A stretch of DNA of 63,972 nt, the filler included, from Octopus bimaculoides (lineage: Eukaryota), in NCBI RefSeq assembly GCF_001194135.2. It is 5 parts of 5 records of this genome, joined end to end, with 100 filler letters (N's around TTAATTAATTAA, not from the genome) between each part and the next. Parts side by side here need not be neighbours in the genome. Positions count along the whole stretch, not along the records: positions 60,245 to 63,972 come from NC_069009.1; 4 more parts are not named here. One strand, given 5' to 3'. Both the position numbers and the translations under genes were made by a program. The notes below the pieces were generated by a model, which ran no database searches, had not been told where the DNA came from, and saw nothing but the letters and a program-made list of their open reading frames with translations. Shown here in pieces: positions 60,302 to 63,972 of this stretch (position 1 is its first letter; every line of letters starts with the position of its first letter).

Positions 60302-61651
60302 TCTTTTGGACTTTCCTATGTCTCCTGTTCCCGAAGAAGAGCTTAGCACGAAACGTAAAACAACCACTCTTTCTTTCTTTCCTTCTCTGAGCGAATCATT
60401 AATACTTTACCTGTCCTACGTGCTCGCGTTGTTGTTTTTTCTTGTAGTCTTTTATACTCCATTTTCTTTTTAATTAATTAATCACACACACACACACACA
60501 CACAAATGTGCCACGTGCTTATGGTACTGTCTCCAGTTCTGACTCGTTAGCTTCGGCTATTTTTAGCTTTTATTTGAAATGGCTTTATGGTCGAATACAT
60601 TTTTTGCTTTCCTCGTGCCAGTGAGTGGGGAGAATATAATATCTCAGTCTGAATATAATGTATCAGTCACGCTTTAGGGTCTATTACATCTATTCTGTAC
60701 ATTAGACAATGTAGTCCTAGATATACTATGTTGGAATACAAGATGGGATGGTCACACGGAGAACAAATTTGATCATACATCTACCTGGATCAGGACTTGG
60801 CGCTAAATAACAGCACCGATAACTATAATCTCTGATATTGGTTTTAAATTTTTTGTGCAATAATTTCGGAGGAGGGGGTTAGTTGATTATATCGACCCCC
60901 GGTAGTTGAACTGTATTTATTTTATCAACCCAGGAAGGATGAAAGGTAAAGTCGACCTCGGTGGTATTTGATCTCAGAACGTAAAGACGGACGAAACGTT
61001 TTATATCCGGGTTCGCCTTATGTAAAGAATGAGATCGAAGACGGAAAAATGGGTAATAGGGGCATTCTTTTATTCTTTTACTCTTTTACTTGTTTCAGTC
61101 ATTTGACTGCGGTTATGCTGGAGCACCGCCTTTAGTCGAACAAATCGACCCCAGAGCTTATTCTTTGTAAGCCTAGTACTTATTCTATGGGTCTCTTTTT
61201 GCCGAACCGTTAAGTGACGGGGACGTAAACACACCAACATCAGTTGTCAAGCGATGGTGAGGCAAGCACAAATACACACACACACACACACACACANNNN
61301 NNNNNNNNNNNNNNNNNNNNNNNNNNNNNNNNNNNNNNNNNNNNNNNNNNNNNNNNNNNNNNNNNNNNNNNNNNNNNNNNNNNNNNNNNNNNNNNNNNNN
61401 NNNNNNNNNNNNNNNNNNNNNNNNNNNNNNNNNNNNNNNNNNNNNNNNNNNNNNNNNNNNNNNNNNNNNNNNNNNNNNNNNNNNNNNNNNNNNNNNNNNN
61501 NNNNNNNNNNNNNNNNNNNNNNNNNNNNNNNNNNNNNNNNNNNNNNNNNNNNNNNNNNNNNNNNNNNNNNNNNNNNNNNNNNNNNNNNNNNNNNNNNNNN
61601 NNNNNNNNNNNNNNNNNNNNNNNNNNNNNNNNNNNNNNNNNNNNNNNNNNN

Positions 61652-61708
<57 letters not shown>

Positions 61709-61793
61709 GACGCACAGGTACACATACAGACGCGCTCGCTCGCAAAGCGAAACACTGTCACACAAAAGTCCACTGAACCGACTGATCACTTAC

Positions 61794-61913
61794 CGATACA
61801 CTGGGTGTTGTTTTGTAGACTGTAACCATGGTAACAGTAACACATATGTCCACCAATTGTGTTGTTACAGCGATGGTTGCATTCTCCGTTCATGTGGTCG
61901 CATTCATTGACGT
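61794..61913 (-). CDS. Next internal exon of the same gene, second calcium-binding EGF-like domain
   Basis: Acceptor cttattttatttttcacag, donor G|gtaagt, 120 nt, phase 1-1. Translation (D)VNECDHMNGECNHRCNNTIGGHMCYCYHGYSLQNNTQCI has six Cys in EGF spacing and splices in frame to the 63333-63452 exon. Confidence 0.92.
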
Positions 61914-62189
61914 CTGTGAAAAATAAAATAAGAACAAGACAAAGACTAAAAAAAAAAACAGAGTAAATGTGTGTGTGTGTATGTATGTATATGTGCAGAT
62001 TTGTACGTTTTGCTTTATGTATATATTCTCATGCATATAGTTACATATCTAGACATGTTTATATATACTTAAGTGATAAACTTCTGGAAAGTTTTACAGA
62101 TTTTTACAGTTCCAATGATGGCTTGGATCTGTAGTCATCGAATTAGCGTGGAAATCAGTTTGCATTCCAAACATATGTTTCCAGGATCT

Positions 62190-62530
62190 GTAGTCCTCGA
62201 ATAACTTTCTTCTTTCTGGTTTTGAGAAGCCTAATTTCTCAAGATTGGTATTTAGGCAGTGTGTTACATATCCCAGGGCCCCAATGATTACAGTTATAAA
62301 CCTGAAGTTGTAATCCGGATAGAGTACCTGCAGATTTCTCAATAGTTCAGCAGAGGTATGATCTTTTTCACTGATCTTCAGTTTTATGGAAACATCCACT
62401 GGGCAACTGATTTCCACAACTGTACACAGTTTCACTTCTCTATAATAAAATCATTATACTAGGTTTATTGTATGTTATTGTTCAGTTTTATTTCAAGATT
62501 TCTTACCAATAGAGAAAGAGCCGGTTTCTG
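62190..62530 (-). mobile_element. RLE-type non-LTR retrotransposon C-terminal fragment
   Basis: KLCTVVEISCPVDVSIKLKISEKDHTSAELLRNLQVLYPDYNFRFITVIIGALGYVT matches the RLE C-terminus (E...K...PVIIGALG). Confidence 0.8.
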
Positions 62531-63332
62531 GCCGACCAATGAAATTTACTGGCTACACCGCGGTTGGCCGATACATAATCACTTTCTTTACGTGTTTCGT
62601 TCTCCGATACCAACCCGTAGTTAATACCTAACGCAACGTCAAATGAATGGCTATAAGTGGTTCATCATTGAGCGGCAAGCTATATACGTAAATAAATGTG
62701 GGCACACACACACACACACACACACNNNNNNNNNNNNNNNNNNNNNNNNNNNNNNNNNNNNNNNNNNNNNNNNNNNNNNNNNNNNNNNNNNNNNNNNNNN
62801 NNNNNNNNNNNNNNNNNNNNNNNNNNNNNNNNNNNNNNNNNNNNNNNNNNNNNNNNNNNNNNNNNNNNNNNNNNNNNNNNNNNNNNNNNNNNNNNNNNNN
62901 NNNNNNNNNNNNNNNNNNNNNNNNNNNNNNNNNNNNNNNNNNNNNNNNNNNNNNNNNNNNNNNNNNNNNNNNNNNNNNNNNNNNNNNNNNNNNNNNNNNN
63001 NNNNNNNNNNNNNNNNNNNNNNNNNNNNNNNNNNNNNNNNNNNNNNNNNNNNNNNNNNNNNNNNNNNNNNNNNNNNNNNNNNNNNNNNNNNNNNNNNNNN
63101 NNNNNNNNNNNNNNNNNNNNNNATATATATATATATATATATAAATTTATATATATAAAGTATATATATGCATGTGTGTATGTATGTAGATATGTATATG
63201 CCTGCATATATATATGTGAACATGTGTGCATGTGCATATATATATATAAAAAACTATATATACACACAAAAGCATACATTATATGCTTGAATTTTAAAAA
63301 GAAATCAAACAAGAACTGCTCCATGTCCTCAC

Positions 63333-63452
63333 CGGTGCATGATGTCTTCTCGGTGAGCTTGAACCCCTTATGGCAGGCACAGTAGAAGCTCCCCGGGGTG
63401 TTTAAACAAATCTCTTCACAGCCCCCATTCTTTAGATCGCATTCGTTGACAT
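63333..63452 (-). CDS. Internal exon encoding a calcium-binding EGF-like domain (multi-EGF extracellular protein; fibulin/SCUBE/MEGF6/matrilin-like class, ortholog not determinable)
   Basis: Acceptor tttttctttctatctttcag, donor G|gtgagg, 120 nt, phase 1-1. Translation (D)[39 protein letters not shown] has six EGF cysteines, the DxNEC motif and the CxNxxxxFxC hydroxylation consensus. Confidence 0.93.
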
Positions 63453-63972
63453 CTGAAAGATAGAAAGAAAAATAAACATTTTTTCATTGGAAACTACTAC
63501 TACTACTACTACTACTACTGCAGAACCTCTACATGGTTACTCGACCCGAAACAAACAGCAGTCAAAACTCTCTGTGTATGTATCAATTACACATGTATGT
63601 AGATATGTATATATTTGTGTGTATATGTGCATATGTTTGCATGTATCCGTGTAATTATTTTGTGTGGTGTGTGTATGTGAAAGCACATGGCCAAGTGGTT
63701 AGCGTGTTGCAGTCACGATCAAAAGATCTTCGTTTCTATTCCGGGACTGGGCGGTTCATTGTATTCTTGAGCAAAATATTCCACTTCACGTTGAAATGGT
63801 TTCTAAGAAGGAAACAAAGCTACATCTTTCGAAAGTAGATAGCGAAAGCAGCTTCACATTTTAAATTTAAAACTTTTACACCAAAGCCTTGTGAGTGGAT
63901 TTATTAGACGGAAACTGAAAGAAGCCCGTCGTATATATATATATATATATATATATATTAATAGTTATCGCC

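Noticed and set aside
17148-63385. Long ORFs of 120-370 aa in the ORF track (e.g. 17148-18114, 48815-49927, 50035-50954, 61185-61910, 62643-63385)
   Set aside because: They consist of X from N gaps plus (TG)n/(TA)n translations.
1-63972. CRISPR array or prokaryotic defence system
   Set aside because: There are no regularly spaced direct repeats with unique spacers and no operon-like gene density. The sequence is intron-rich eukaryotic DNA.

Overview
This is AT-rich eukaryotic animal genomic DNA with many assembly gaps. The tRNA-derived SINE families, (TA)/(CA)/(ATT) microsatellites and transposon content point to an octopus or other coleoid cephalopod (inference). Almost all ORFs in the supplied track are spurious: microsatellites, N-gap read-throughs or repeat fragments. 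Reading splice sites directly reveals exons of probably three minus-strand genes. (1) Two 120-nt phase 1-1 calcium-binding EGF exons at 63333-63452 and 61794-61913. (2) The last two coding exons of an unidentified protein with a His7/Pro-rich C-terminus, at 26746-26994 and 23923-23981. (3) The probable 5' end of a third gene (exon 3555-3615, MKQIKVQS...) running off the left edge. The rest is SINEs, MITEs, decayed Tc1/mariner/maT/hAT transposases and non-LTR fragments. Notable structures are a solo LTR nested in a mariner MITE, several long hairpins, a hammerhead-like motif and a sharp CpG-depletion boundary near 31.7 kb. I found no CRISPR array, rRNA or intact tRNA gene. I also found no convincing evidence of a wholly new biological system; the best leads are listed as findings with their limits.
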